Assembly (NCBI GenBank): GCA_000165425.1
Contig: CT868529.1
Location: forward strand, 1 to 64,000
DNA length: 64,000 nt
Reading direction: 5' to 3'
Origin: Paramecium tetraurelia
Taxonomy: Eukaryota
The position numbers and the translations under genes are program-made. Positions 1 through 13,136 of the stretch are shown piece by piece; within the stretch, counting starts at the first letter, position 1; each line of letters starts with the position of its first letter. Below the pieces are notes generated by a model. That model did not search any database, had not been told where the DNA came from, and worked only from the letters and a program-made list of their open reading frames with translations.

Positions 1-739
1 AAAAATTTGATCATAAATATAAATAATGTTAATATAAATGTAATATTACTTATAAATATTATATCTATGTATTTAATCAAATAAGCAATTGAAATTACAA
101 AAGTCTCCACACCTAACTAGATAAGCAAATATTATTTCATAGGTCTTCACAACTAACTACATCACTCATATCATTTCTAATATCACAACTACTACAACTC
201 ATCCATTACATAAATCCATTTTTTTATAAATATTTAGTTTTTTATGAATAGAAATTCTAATATTGATATTTTGCATTGCCTTAGATTTTATAAAAAGGAT
301 CAATTCATAAGTAGTTCTTGTATTTGTGAATTAGACTCAAATTTTCATATTGATTTTTGTTTTACTAAATTGTTTTCAAATATTTTCTAGATGAAGATGA
401 TGATAAAGAGAACAAATGAAGTTCAAAGCTAATCTTCGTTTAAGTTGAGACTTGAGTAAAATATTTGTTGAATTTATTTTACCGTTTCTGGATTTATACA
501 TCTTTTGGTTGATAATCTATTAGATATAATATCATTTATTTCTTATTGCAATTCATAATAATTGCATTCTTATTATTTTTTTATTATTTTATAAAATTTG
601 ATGCTTATGTCATTAGATGAGATAATGATTGATCTTTTAATTGATTTATTTTAATAAGCAATAGCCTCAAAGCTAAGCAAATATTGGAAGAAAATTAATA
701 AGTTATTTTAATATTAATAAAAAATTAATAATAAGCATC

Positions 740-2249
740 ATGAATCACTGCTTAAAAGAGGCAAATGAATCGTAATCGACATATTAATAGACAGTTAATT
801 CTTTAAAGAAATCGTTAAAACATTCGAATTTCATTAGCAAAACAAAATTAACCGTTAATGAAATAAAAAATATAATAAAATAGTATGATTTAAAACGAAG
901 TCAAAGAATGATTAGATAAGCAACCTAACAAGATTAGAATACTGATTTTTAAAAACAAATAACTTAATAAGGATAAGTTATTAATTAATTGCAGCAATAA
1001 CTTAGGAAGTAATCTCTTGAGATAGAAAATTTACAAAAAGCCTTTTTCTTATGGGAAAACAAAAAATAGAATGGAGTTCATAAGAAATCTAAATCCTCAA
1101 CTGAAGATGTATTAGATGAATAAATCAATGCTATCAACAAAAAATATATAAATTTACAATCATATGATTAGAATTTAGAAAATCAGATTAAAGAAATAAT
1201 ATCATAGGAGTTCGAAAAATTATATAAACTAATATCTTAGTAACTTAAAAGTGAAATAAATGATATCATATATTAAAGTATTTAAGAGTAAATCTTTGTA
1301 AGCAACAATAATTCACCAAAACCAGAAACTTTTAGAAAATATTCATAAACAAAACAGTAATCAGAAGATTCTTAATCAAATATTAATGTAATTATTGAAT
1401 GTCTAAATGAGTAATTTGGTGAATGTGAGAATAATAATTACAATTTTGATTAAATTAAAACGAAGCTTAAATGTTTGAAATTGAAATAAATCAATTTATT
1501 ATATGAAGATTTAAATAATGAATTCACTTAAAATTCATTAAAAGATTATTTTATTGGACCTGCTGAACCACTAAAATAATAACAATATTCTCTCAAGTAA
1601 ACTAAACTTTTAGAATATATCAATGGAGAGCACAGAGCAAGGGAAGATAGCAATAACTTCTATGCAGTTTTTGGATTTTAGTATTTGGATATTATACTTA
1701 CTAATGCTGATGATAAAAATTTTGAAACATTTATGGAAAACATTAAGGGAATTCCATTTGATTTATTGAATAATTAACAAGAGTTTACTAAAGAGGAACA
1801 ATAAGAATTAAAAGAGATATTTTGTTATAGATGTATTGAATTAAGACAAATTGAGATATCATAAAGATCGAATGAACTCTGGTGTTAAATTAGTAACATA
1901 CATAATTGTTTTTACGGGTTAACTATGATATTCATTCGAAATTTCATTTAATAAATAGTACGATAATCAGAATTAAGTCAACATTTAAATGAAAAGGATT
2001 CTGTATAATTTTTAACTAGAATTTTGGAATGGAGCAGTCCATGTCCTGAAGTAGAGTTTATAATTGAGATAATTTCGCATGAATTAGAATTGTATTTTAT
2101 TTAATTTATGAATTAGATGTATAATATTATTTTATTTAAAAGAAGAGAAATAGGAATTCTCTTTAAGAATATTTGGAGATGAATAAAATTATCAACTCAA
2201 TGTTATATAACGTAATAATGATTTTTATTCTATTGGAATTAAGAATTGA
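740..2249 (+). CDS. Otubain-like (OTU, peptidase C65) domain protein, catalytically degenerate, with N-terminal coiled coil
   Basis: Open under code 6 with one 25-nt intron (~2092-2116). HRAREDSNNFYAVFGFQYLD aligns to the otubain motif RxxRGDGNCFY, and the C-terminal VIQRNNDFYSIG aligns to LxxPGHYxI. Confidence 0.75.
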
Positions 2250-2425
2250 CAACCCATAATTTATATTGCAATTTTGTTACTAATTTTAATTTACTTAATA
2301 ATAAATGTATAAATAATATATATCAACTGATGATAAAAAAGTATAAAGTTATTTGAATTTTACATGTAACCAATATACTGCCTTCCTGCTGAAATTTTTT
2401 TAATTATTTAAATTTAATTTATAAA

Positions 2426-3845
2426 ATGACAACAGACTAAAGCTTCGAATATTTTACCACGGATTTGTATGTTATGGGTGATAACAAAGAGTCTTAATGT
2501 GGTATAGATAACTAAGACTACGTAAATAAATTAACCAAAATAAATCTACCAATGGTAATACGGGAAATAGCATGCGGTTTGGAACATACTTTAATTGTGA
2601 CAAGTTTTATTGATATCATCATTGTTAGATGAAGGATAGGTTTATGCTTTTGGTTCAAATTTGAAGGGATAGCTGGGAGTGGAAAATATTTCTGTGGCAT
2701 GTTCTCCGATATAAGTTTAGGGAATAAATAATCTGAATTGTATAAAGATAGCAGCCGGAGAGTATCATTCTTGCTTATTGACTGGTATAAATAATGAATT
2801 AATAAAGAGATGAAAACTAAGGTTATTAATGGGGAGACAATGTTGTGAAACCTTAATTCATAAAACAAGCTCAAAATATAAAATGTGGTTTGAATTTTAC
2901 AATCTTCTAAGACGACTGTCTATATTTATATAAGAATCAAGTTTTGTAAACTTTGTAAATTCACTCTCCAGTATCAGAATTTGCGTGTTCTGCATACAAC
3001 TTATTTTATTTGGACAATATTAATAGTTTGTATATGCATCCAGATAATAAATTGATGGATAATGTATCAAATATATTTAGTGGTTATTATCTATCCTTAT
3101 TAACCGAAGAAAATAAGTTGTATTACTACTAGGATAAAAAATTAATTCAAATCAATATCTAAACTAATAAAATAGATAGCACTTTTAGTAAAGAGTTTGC
3201 AATTGTTTTGGACGAGAATAATAAAGCTATTATTATTAATTTGAAAACTCAACAATAAAAAGAATAGGATTATGTATTTCATGCAATAAGTTCAGGAGTC
3301 AATCATCTTATTTTGATTGGAAATATTACGAGAGGGTCGAAATAAGATTAAGAATAGGAGGAGTAAGAATAAATTTAAGAAGGTGATGATGATTCCATTT
3401 TGGAGGAGGATGGCATGAGTCCAATTATCACTCAAAAAACTTAATAGGATGTAAAATATTGAAGTAATCATAGCAACTTCTCAATACTCAATAAAATAAC
3501 ACTTTTTCATTTTCTATTAGAAAGGACCTTTAATTACTACATAGCATCAAAACAAATCATAAAGAGACATAGACTGATGAAGATATATACTATCAATTAA
3601 AGTATGAAAATGAGGAATTAAGAAAAATCCAATAACAGTAAAAAAAGAATTTAGAAATACAAATCTAATTTTAAAAGACATTATAGGATTAAATCAATAG
3701 ATTAACATAAGAAAATCATATGTTGAAGTTAGGTTAAAATAAAAATCAGTTATTGAGTTTGATCAAATAAAAGCAATAAAACCTCAGAAATATGATTGAT
3801 GAATTTTACTAAAAGTAAAAGGAGTTTCTTGGATAAAAAAAATGA
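2426..3845 (+). CDS. RCC1-repeat protein with C-terminal coiled coil
   Basis: Translates to LYVMGDNKESQCG, EIACGLEHTLIVT, VYAFGSNLKGQLG and IAAGEYHSCLLT, typical RCC1/BLIP-II repeats. Short introns are present. Confidence 0.8.
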
Positions 3846-3878
3846 AGATCAATGTATATTATATATAAAATATTGGAT

Positions 3879-4480
3879 TCATAAATTCTTTTTGAAAAAC
3901 TCTTTAAATTCTTACAAAGACATTTAGTCATGGAGTACTCCACAAAATTTTAAAACATCTATTTTAGTTAAACTATGTAAATACTTTAAATTTCTTCTTC
4001 GCTGGTGTTGTCCTTGAATTTAGAGAAGACCTTTCTTATCTTTTTGGAATCTATTGTACCACATTTATCAAAATCAAAGACAGAAAAGGCACTTTCAAGT
4101 AATTCATCATGCTAATCTTTATTGGACATGCATTCATTGTATAATTCTTAAAAATCTGAAAAATGCATAGTAGTTTTATTATTTGGGAAATATCTATATT
4201 TAAACGATTTATACTTCAATTCTGTAACAGAAACATAAGTAGGTGATTTAGGTGAGGAATCTTTTGGAATCTCTTCAAAATTATCAGTTGAACTAATTTT
4301 TTTGACCAATTTTCGGCCATGTTGATAAGGTACGCTGATCTGTTATTAATCTTAATTTATTGTTTCTAATTCCTTAATTAATTGGTTTATCTATTAAATA
4401 TTGATTTCTTCAGAGTTTTCTTATGAGAAAAGTTGAAAAATTTATTTTAATTCCTATTAATTAGCTGATTATTGCTGCAT
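3879..4480 (-). CDS. EF-hand (calmodulin/centrin-like) protein
   Basis: ELKQIFQLFS near the N-terminus and ESAFSVFDFDKCGTIDSKKIRKVF as an EF-hand loop. Short GT-AG introns. Confidence 0.65.
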
Positions 4481-4561
4481 AGAGTATTCTTAATTTAATA
4501 TAATTATTAGAAATATTAATAAAAATTGTTTGTTAATAATTTCTTTATTCTCAATTCCAAT

Positions 4562-5083
4562 ATGAATCATGTCTTTACTTTCAATAAAAACAAGCTCTTC
4601 ATTGGTAACATAAAAGTCTCACAATCAATATGAGAGTAGTACTTTCTTTATTGAAACACCTATATCATCAAATATAAATCATTTTCATAAATAGATACCA
4701 TCAATTGATGATGTGAATATAAATTAAGCCGCTAATTTGATGAAGTAGCTGATTTTATTCATAATCATTTGAAAAATGGCAATGTTTTAGTTCATTGTTA
4801 TGCTGGCATATCAAGATCTGCATCTTTGTTGATAGCTTATTTGATTAAATATCATAACTACACTACATTAACTACAATTAATTTTATAAAAGCAAGACCA
4901 ATAATAGAACCTAATGATGGTAATCATTTTTAAGATAATTAGGATTTATTGCTCAACTGAATGCAGAGGGAAAACTATAAAATCATATTTAATCAATTAT
5001 AATAAGTGACCAAGAATGAGATTAAATCATATCATAGATAAGTCAAATCCTTTCTGTCCCCAAGAATAAAAACTTTACTTTGA
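4562..5083 (+). pseudogene. Dual-specificity protein phosphatase pseudogene
   Basis: Catalytic loop NVLVHCYAGISRSASLLIAYL and RPIIEPNDGF are present. The ATG frame (KLFIGNIK) stops at TGA ~4641, and the catalytic frame has an in-frame TGA at ~4709-4711 with no intron that rescues it. Confidence 0.7.
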
Positions 5084-5787
5084 ATTGCTAAATTACTTTT
5101 TATATTACTTTTAAAATTAATGTTAAGTTAAATTTTTTCATTTTTACCAACTCCATTCAAAATAATAATAAATATATACTATTGGTTTAAAAGAATATAA
5201 GTTGAAATAAATTTTAAATTCTTTCAAACCATATTTAAAATATAATTTTTGATTAACCATCCTAATAAAGCATGAGATGATAGAAAAAAGCAAGATGATT
5301 CAATTTTAGAAATTTTAATATGATTTATTACTTTAATCTTATGAATTTAAAATTATCAGAATTTAGTAGACTAACAAATTCATTTCGAAATAAAAAAAAA
5401 TCTTTGAGTAAGATACTTCTAAAACAAGGGTTATTTTATCTATGTTTCTAAATAACTGGCGAGAAGTAAATTTGAATATCTTAAGAAAATTAGAAAATAC
5501 TTAGCTAGTAAGTACGGATTATAGAGCTACTTTGAAATAATTTTGAAAAGGCACTTAAGGATTATTTAATAAAGTTAAGAAAAGAAGAATAATCTCACAA
5601 GTGACTGCTTTCATAAAGAAAAAATAGTCATTATTAAGAATTTCTAAAAGATCATTGACTATGTCACTTCCTCTATGGTGGTAACCATAAGTAATAATAA
5701 ATTTTGCCTCCATAACAATACAATTGTATGGAAACTATTCGAGTATATTTTTGATAAGTATTATGTAATTAATTAATTATAATATTG

Positions 5788-7099
5788 ATGATTTCTAATT
5801 CCGACATTGAAACAATAAATAAGTTTATTCTTGAAGCTAGTGGAACTCTTGAGAATATTTAAAAGGCTTTTGTGAGAAAATTTTCATAAGAATATGGTCC
5901 TTATCTATATTTTTATTAAGGTCTCTGCGATAATGTATAAAATATTAATTATTTTGTTTTAGATATTCACAAAGGGATAGAGACTCTTAATTATTTTCTT
6001 GTTACACAATTCTGAATTGAGATAGTGTTTATCGGATATATCAAATTACTGTTTAAATCAATTTGAAAAAAAGTTCATTCAAGATCCATAACTTGTAAAG
6101 CATTCAATTAAGACTTATAAGATAGTATGCTGGCCTTACAATAAAGACCGTTTTAGAAGAATTAGATAAATTTACGATGAATGAAAAATAAATAAATAAA
6201 GAATTGTGGTAGCCATAAAGTTCAATGTTTAAATTGAGAAATTGTATATCTATAAATAATAATCCACCTTAGTAATATAAATTAATAAAGTTTAGGAAAT
6301 TGCTGTAAAATTAAAACTTATCACAATAATAAAATGGATTCGAAATTGATTTTTTAAGATTGACTCCAAACATAGTTTAGAATCGATGTGATTGGATTGA
6401 ATTCTATTAGGTTTACGATGTTCAATGGGATTATTCATTGCAGATCAATTCTGACAAGTTGAGTCAGATAAAGGAAATTATGCAAAAGGCTCATTTACAA
6501 TAACTGACTGAGTAAGAATTAAAGGTACGATCTGTAAATAATTGACTTAGTAATTTCAAGAGTATTTGAGGAAGGACAATAATAATTTATTAAAAAATAA
6601 TGGATTATTAAATTTCAATTTAAGCGATTTGATAGAGAAGAACTTAAATTTAGCCTTTTTCCTGTTTACTAAGCATTTTCCAAATACTGAGTTTCTAGAG
6701 TAATAATATCGAATAGAAATAGTTTAATGGATGCCTTGGTTACAATTGATATTACACCAAACTCTTTGGAGATGATGTGCATGATAGTACAGTAATATCA
6801 TGTGCCTCAGGAATACCTTAATTATTATGTGAATTATTGCATTTAGTTCTGCTCAAATATAAAGGTAATTGTTAAAGCGTAACGAGTAGGAAAAAGGATA
6901 GCAAGTGAAAATGATCAAATATTTGACAATTTTCTTGAAACATCTGATCAATAAAAAAATGCTAAAGACTCATGAATTACAGACTGAGGTATGATAGATT
7001 TAATGATAAATTTAGTTGCAAGCTTTTTCGATAGAATTTTCTAATATAGGAGAAACATCAAGTCTATTCAAATTGATAAAGAATGATTAATAATAATGA
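5788..7099 (+). CDS. CNOT11: CCR4-NOT complex subunit 11-like (CNOT11/C2orf29 domain)
   Basis: C-terminus LVTIDITPNSLEMMC..VPQEYLNYYVNYCIQFC..VKMIKYLTIFLKHLINKK..LQAFSIEFSNIGETSSLFKLIK matches the conserved CNOT11 domain. Several 23-26 nt introns. Confidence 0.75.
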
Positions 7100-7189
7100 T
7101 ATGTATAATAATAATTATTGAATTTAAGTGTTTAGATAATGTTTTTTGATAATCCTTATTTAAATTATTGAATTAATACTAATTAATAA

Positions 7190-10100
7190 ATGGATCAACC
7201 AATGGTAAGTCCGAGAAAAGTCACGGAAGGACATGATATCTCTAATTTGATTACGTTTCGGTATTCAACAGATTAATATTGTACACCAAATATGATTAAA
7301 TTTCAGTATTGCCTACGTAAAGGAGCGAGGGATTCAATAGAATGAAATAAACAATTTTAGATTCAGATAATCGAGCGATTCTGGATGCAGGGTAAAATAA
7401 TTAGGAAGAAGAACCTTCAATAAGTTCATCGGAATCGGAGTAAAGTCCCAGTAAAAAGGGATCTGAAACTATGAGATTCGGATCATAAAGTAAAGTTGAA
7501 CATGCTGAAAGATAGTATAAAACTGAAGATTTGGTACCTGTAGATGGAGGATGGACGAATATAATATGGAAGAGGGGTTCCTTGAGAATTATGACCTATG
7601 TAGTCAGATTTGTGATTTCTATTCTAATTAATTCTGAAAAATCTAAGTTTTCATTCATGAATCGAAAGTAATTCACTGCCATAAATGACATAACAGGAGT
7701 TTATCAATTTTACGAAGAGAATAAACTGATAAGATAGAGAATTAAAAAGAAATTTAAAGTAATGTTGTGATTAAATTAATAGCAAATTATAAAATCATAT
7801 ATTTAGAATAATGTGTGTTATAAAATTATAAGAAATGGATTGGAGACATTTGTTCATAGATGTCTCTTTGTAATAGATCCTTCAAGCACTATTAAAATAT
7901 TATGGGATTTTTTCATGTTATTTGTGCTATCATGGTAGATGGTATTTGTTCCTTTGAAGATTTGTTTTTTTATTTAAATCTAGGATCCTATTTTGAATTT
8001 CATCTTGAATTATTTGCCAGTCTACGTGTATTTAATGGAGATAGTGTTAACATTTTTGACAGGCTATTATGAACATGGAGTGTTGATTATGGATTAAAAA
8101 TAGGTAGCCAAACATTATTTCAAGAAATCATTTTTTTATGATTTATTAAATGTATTGCCTTTATTGGTCAGTGCATATTATGTATAATCTAATTGGTTGG
8201 AGTTTTCTGTGTTGGTGAAAGTAAAGACATTGAAGTTTTTATCGGACTAATTAGAAGAAGTATTTGGATTGAGAACGAATTACTAGACTTTGATAGATGT
8301 GTTGAGATTGATGATATAATTTATATTTTTGTCTCATCTTTTCGGTTGTTTTTGGCATTATTTGGGAATTCTGTAAGGAGATTATGGGTAAGATGTACTT
8401 GAATATCTTATAGAATGACTAATACTTGGATAAATGCCTTAGAGTTGGAAGATGACAGTTGGTAGATTCGATACATCAACTCAATATATTGGAGTTCTAT
8501 AACGACATTGACAATTGGATATGGTGATATCACTCCTTAGAGTAGTGTTGAGAAGATTTTCACAGTCGGAGTAGCTGTATTCAGCAGTGTTGTATTTGCA
8601 TACACAATCTCAAGCATAGGGTAAATATTCAGTCAATTGAATGAGAATAAAAAGAATTAAAGATACAAAATGAATTTGATTTAGCAATTCATAGGTTAGA
8701 GAGGAGTGAATAAATAATTACAAAATAAAGTCAAGAAATTCTATGAATATTTTATACAAGTAGATCACTCTTAAGACAGCGAATGTGAATTATTGCTAAA
8801 TTCATTGGAACCTTCTTTAAAAAATGAATTGAAGATAGACATCTACAAAAAATACATAATGAAATCCAAACTCTTTAAATCCACTTTCTCACTAGAGTAT
8901 ATTATTACGTATGATTTAGCTAGATTCTTAGATTTACTCTGCTAGTTATTTCAAGAAAGACAATATACACCAGACGAATAGATATGTGCAGCAGATACAG
9001 AAGTTGAAGAATTGTGTTTTGTTTTGAAGGGGGAAATCTCTTTGTCGATTCAATTGAATAATTGTAATTAAACAATAACATTCTTAATGTAGAATCTGGT
9101 AAAACGCATTAAGTTAGTCTCTTAAAGAAAAATCATATCTTAGGAGAAAGGTTCTTTATTACCGGTGACAGATTACCTTATGCTGGAAAAGCAATTACAG
9201 CAGTCCGAGTTGCCTTTATCAATAAAACTTAATTCTTCAGTCTATTGAAATAGTATCCCTAAGAATACGAGAAATTCTTGGAAGCCAAAAGTAAGGTCGT
9301 ATTGAAGGAGAGAGTCAAAGTCTAAGGATGTGAACTATGTTATTAGAACCATTAAGTTTTATAATGTCCCTTTGTGTTTTATTACCCAAATGTTAGAGTC
9401 ATTGTGAAAAGATAAGAAAACATCACCCAAAAACGATAGTTTAAATAAAGATCCTATATAAAAAGTCATGTAAGCTTATACACACTATTTAGAAATCACT
9501 CTTAGATAGAGGAGGTATCTAATATTAGTTGATCTCTTATGCATTGGACTCAAATTTGATGCGCGAAGAATCTCTAGACGAATCACTAATAAAGAATATG
9601 GATTTACAGTTTATAGAGCCAACAAAAAAACAATTCAATAAAATTCATTCTGATATCTCTGGGGATCAATAACAGCAAGACTAGTCCAATCCCTTTTTAA
9701 ATTAAACACCTTTACGTCCTAGTTAAGAATAAATTAGTGAAGACAGTGATGTAGGTACTAGCAAAACAAATAAAACATCCAATAATGGATTATAAAAGTT
9801 AATTACCTTAAGACAAATATCATAATAAAGTTAAAATCAATAAGGATAATAAAAAAAAGTAGAAAAATTTAAATAGAAGAGTTTAAAAGCAAAGAAAAGC
9901 GAATTTAAACCTCCAGAAATTGTAGAATTGTAGAAGATTGAAGAACTGTAGTCTTTTGAATCCCCTTTGGGTTCAGGTCAAAAGGCAAATCAATAGTCTA
10001 TGTTTTTTCATTTAAATGAAAATCCAATAACCAGAGATTTAGAAATTAAGAGAATCTTATGGGAAGAATATGTCTAGTCTCAAATTATAGAGGATAAAGA

Positions 10101-10347
10101 GAGATACGATTAATAATAGGATTATTAATTCTTTTATCCTCATTGTAATTTGGAGAGAATTTTAGAGTAGATCAATATCAAAGTTAATGAGAGAAAGAAG
10201 AAAACATAAAAGTCAAGATTGACAACTCTAGGTAAGAATAGATTGGGCTAACTATAAAATATATCTGTTAGACCTAGAAAAAGCATGATCACAATTGAAT
10301 AAGCCTTTTCTCAAGATGATGAAAGATAAAAAAGTCTAAAACTATGA
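7190..10347 (+). CDS. K+ channel of the cyclic-nucleotide-binding-domain (EAG/HCN/CNG-like) family
   Basis: Pore YINSIYWSSITTLTIGYGDITP at ~8470-8540, S1 IDPSSTIKILWDFF, C-linker and CNBD (LCFVLKGEI, ILGERFFITG). Confidence 0.9.
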
Positions 10348-10380
10348 CATTTAAAAATATATGTAAACTAACATAAGAAT

Positions 10381-11798
10381 TCAAGTATCTAAACTTTCTG
10401 CATCATAATTATAGGATCCAAATTATTAATTCCATTTCAAATAGTCCTTCAAATCATTTTGATTCACTGTTGGTTTCACAATTTAGAGAGCTCTCTTAAA
10501 ATCCTCTATAGTAGTTGCTCTGATTTAATCCAATTTCAAATTTTTGATTGTGTACATTTTAGCAGCATCTCTAATAGCATACATACAAGCCTACCAATTA
10601 ATAACTAATGTCTACCTCTCTACTTAAATTTCTAATATCAGCTCCAGAATATCCCTTCGTCAATTCTACCAAAGATTGCAATTCTGAACTATTCATTTCA
10701 ATTCTCTTCCCCTCCTTTGCTTCTTTAATGATTAAGGTCTCAAAATACGATTGTCTTCCCTCCTAATTAGGCAATGGGATATATATCTTTTTTTAAAATC
10801 TCCTTTTAATTGCATCATCTAATTCTTAAGGTCTATTTGTAGCTCCTATAAACACTATTCTTTCACATCCTCCTCTTGTTGCTCCTTCTAATTGAACCAT
10901 GAATTCTGTTTTAATCTGTCTGCTTGTTTCATTATCTTTCTCAGACCTAGCACATAACAGAGAATCGATTTCATCAAAGAATATCACACTAGGTTATCTT
11001 TAAGCGGCTAATGCAAATAAAGCTCTCACAGTCTTTTCTCCTTCTCCAACATACTTAGATGTCAATGTGGAAGCTTTAATTGAAAAGAAAGTCGCTTTTC
11101 CTTCACTTGCTATGGCTTTTCCTATCATAGTTTTACCAGTTCCTGGTGGCCCAAATAACAACAATCCACTTCCTGGAGCTATGATCCCTTCAAACAATTT
11201 TGGATTCTCCAAAGGCCACAAAGCTATTTCAACTACTTGATCTCTCACATGGTCCAAACCAACTATATCAGTCCATTGGGTTGGTCTGTCCATGATTTCA
11301 ATGATGTCAGATTCAATTTTATTAATAATGTTATCTTCAAAATTGGTTTTGTTTTGTTATTTTTCACTTTTTAAGGCTAATTGTTCTTAATTGCCTTTGT
11401 CACCCACTTTGGTTGGAGGTTGAAATCTCTTCTTGGGCATTAATTAATTGGCTTGAACAAAACCAAATTATTATTGTTATTGTTAATTGGATGATTGTGG
11501 CTACTATATTTAATTTAATGGTTATTAAGGTTACAAAGGTGGTTGTGGTTAATCTACCTTTGTATTTTACTTCTTTATATTGGCTGGAATATTTAATTTA
11601 ATAAATTCAGATCTATTTGTTAAGTATTGCTTCATTTAAGCATAGTTGATACACTTAAGATCTAGATGAACTTTCAAAAGGGATTGCTTATTTTTCTAAG
11701 TTTTCAAAAATACTTCAGTCTATTCTTAGATAATAGTAATTACTTTAGTTACTTAAATTTAGAAAGTTTTGGTTTTTTGCTTCCAATTTAGTAATCAT
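10381..11798 (-). CDS. Fidgetin-like/spastin-family AAA+ ATPase
   Basis: Walker [20 protein letters not shown], Walker [29 protein letters not shown] and C-terminal WNQQFGS. Gln-rich N-terminus. Confidence 0.9.
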
Positions 11799-11825
11799 TT
11801 CAAAAATAAATATTAATATATATTA

Positions 11826-13089
11826 TCAATTAAATAATTATTATTACTAAGATGTGAATAAGGAAAAAGAATTGTTATCTTGTGATTGGGTAATGAATTT
11901 CCAATCATCAAGGTTCGGCTTCTCTTGTTTTCTTCTCTCCAATATGATTATTGGAATTTAACATATAACTGGAATAGCCAATGAAGTTAGTAGTCCATCC
12001 TATATTATATATATTATTTAATTACTGAAAATGCTTGCACTTATAAAATGTAATGATTTTTAATAAATTCCATTTTGACGGTGGCTGCCAAATCATTAGG
12101 AATTGTAATTGAATGCTTTAAGATATCACTTCTCTTTCCTGCCGGATTCCCAGGCAATTCAGTTGTGTAGAGCGTGTTATTTTTGATCACTCTCTCATTT
12201 TCATCATCATCTATGAAACTTAGGTAATGATTCAACTTCACTTCCACTTTACTTATGCATCTTTAAGCTCTGGTAGTATTTAAAATGTATTCTAATTCTA
12301 GTACTTCTCCAGGCTTGTAAAGATTCTTTGCAGTTCTGATACTTAGTTCAATCATGCCCCGATGAATACAGAAGAACTATACAATGTTACCTTCACTCTC
12401 TCTTTTTTACTCGGTAAACTTAAATCTACTGTTGATATAAACTGGAATGCTCTTTTATATTATTACTTAATTTGATTGCAAATCACTTATTTTTAAATAG
12501 ATTTTATATTGGATTTTAGCCTATTACAATCCTAAATTCATGATAAGATCATACCATCAGAGTTCCGATATACAAAACTAGAATTCATACCAAATTTAGT
12601 AGGTACTTAAAACGGTAGTTTATAATCCCCACTTTTAATCACCCCTCTATAAAGATCCTAGATATGAGTGTAATCTTCATTGACTCCATATTGTCTTGTA
12701 ACTTGGAACATAGTTCCGTTTTGCAATTCATATTTTTTTTTTGGATTTGATTAGGAAATTTTGAAGTTTCTGGGACTATCTAAGGTAATTTGAACTTGCT
12801 TGTTTTTTTCTAATAATTTCTCTGGAATCATCTGAGGGTTGTTTGCATCATAGGGAATCAAAAAAATATAAAAATGCATTACCTATCGTTTATGTAAAAT
12901 TTTAGAATATTCGATTGCAACAAATATTAGTTAAACATTGGCTTGTTAAATGTCGTCAATCAACCTTAGATAGCAGATCCCATTAATATTTTCACCTGCT
13001 ATTGACACTGGATTTTTGATCCAAAATAAAACTTCATTCGAATTCATTAAATACCAAAAAAAGTATTAATTAAGACGAGAATTATTCAT
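11826..13089 (-). CDS. Arrestin-domain protein
   Basis: AGENINGICYLRL..LIFVAIEYSKI (arrestin N), GDYKLPFQVP, and YKPGEVLELEYILNT..HSITIPNDLAATVK..HYILQV (arrestin C). Confidence 0.7.
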
Positions 13090-13136
13090 TTTAAAATCAT
13101 TTATATTTTGAATTAATTAAATTAACAGTTAATAAA

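Noticed and set aside
2518..2874. Supplied 118-aa minus-strand ORF, and similar antisense ORFs such as 13713-13976, 31591-31821, 54210-54422 and 58952-59152
   Set aside because: They are shadows of genes or pseudogenes on the opposite strand that only appear under code 6.
5100..5760. Possible small gene (about 138-codon minus-strand frame, or a spliced plus-strand gene)
   Set aside because: There is no recognisable motif, and with TGA as the only stop, frames of this length arise by chance.
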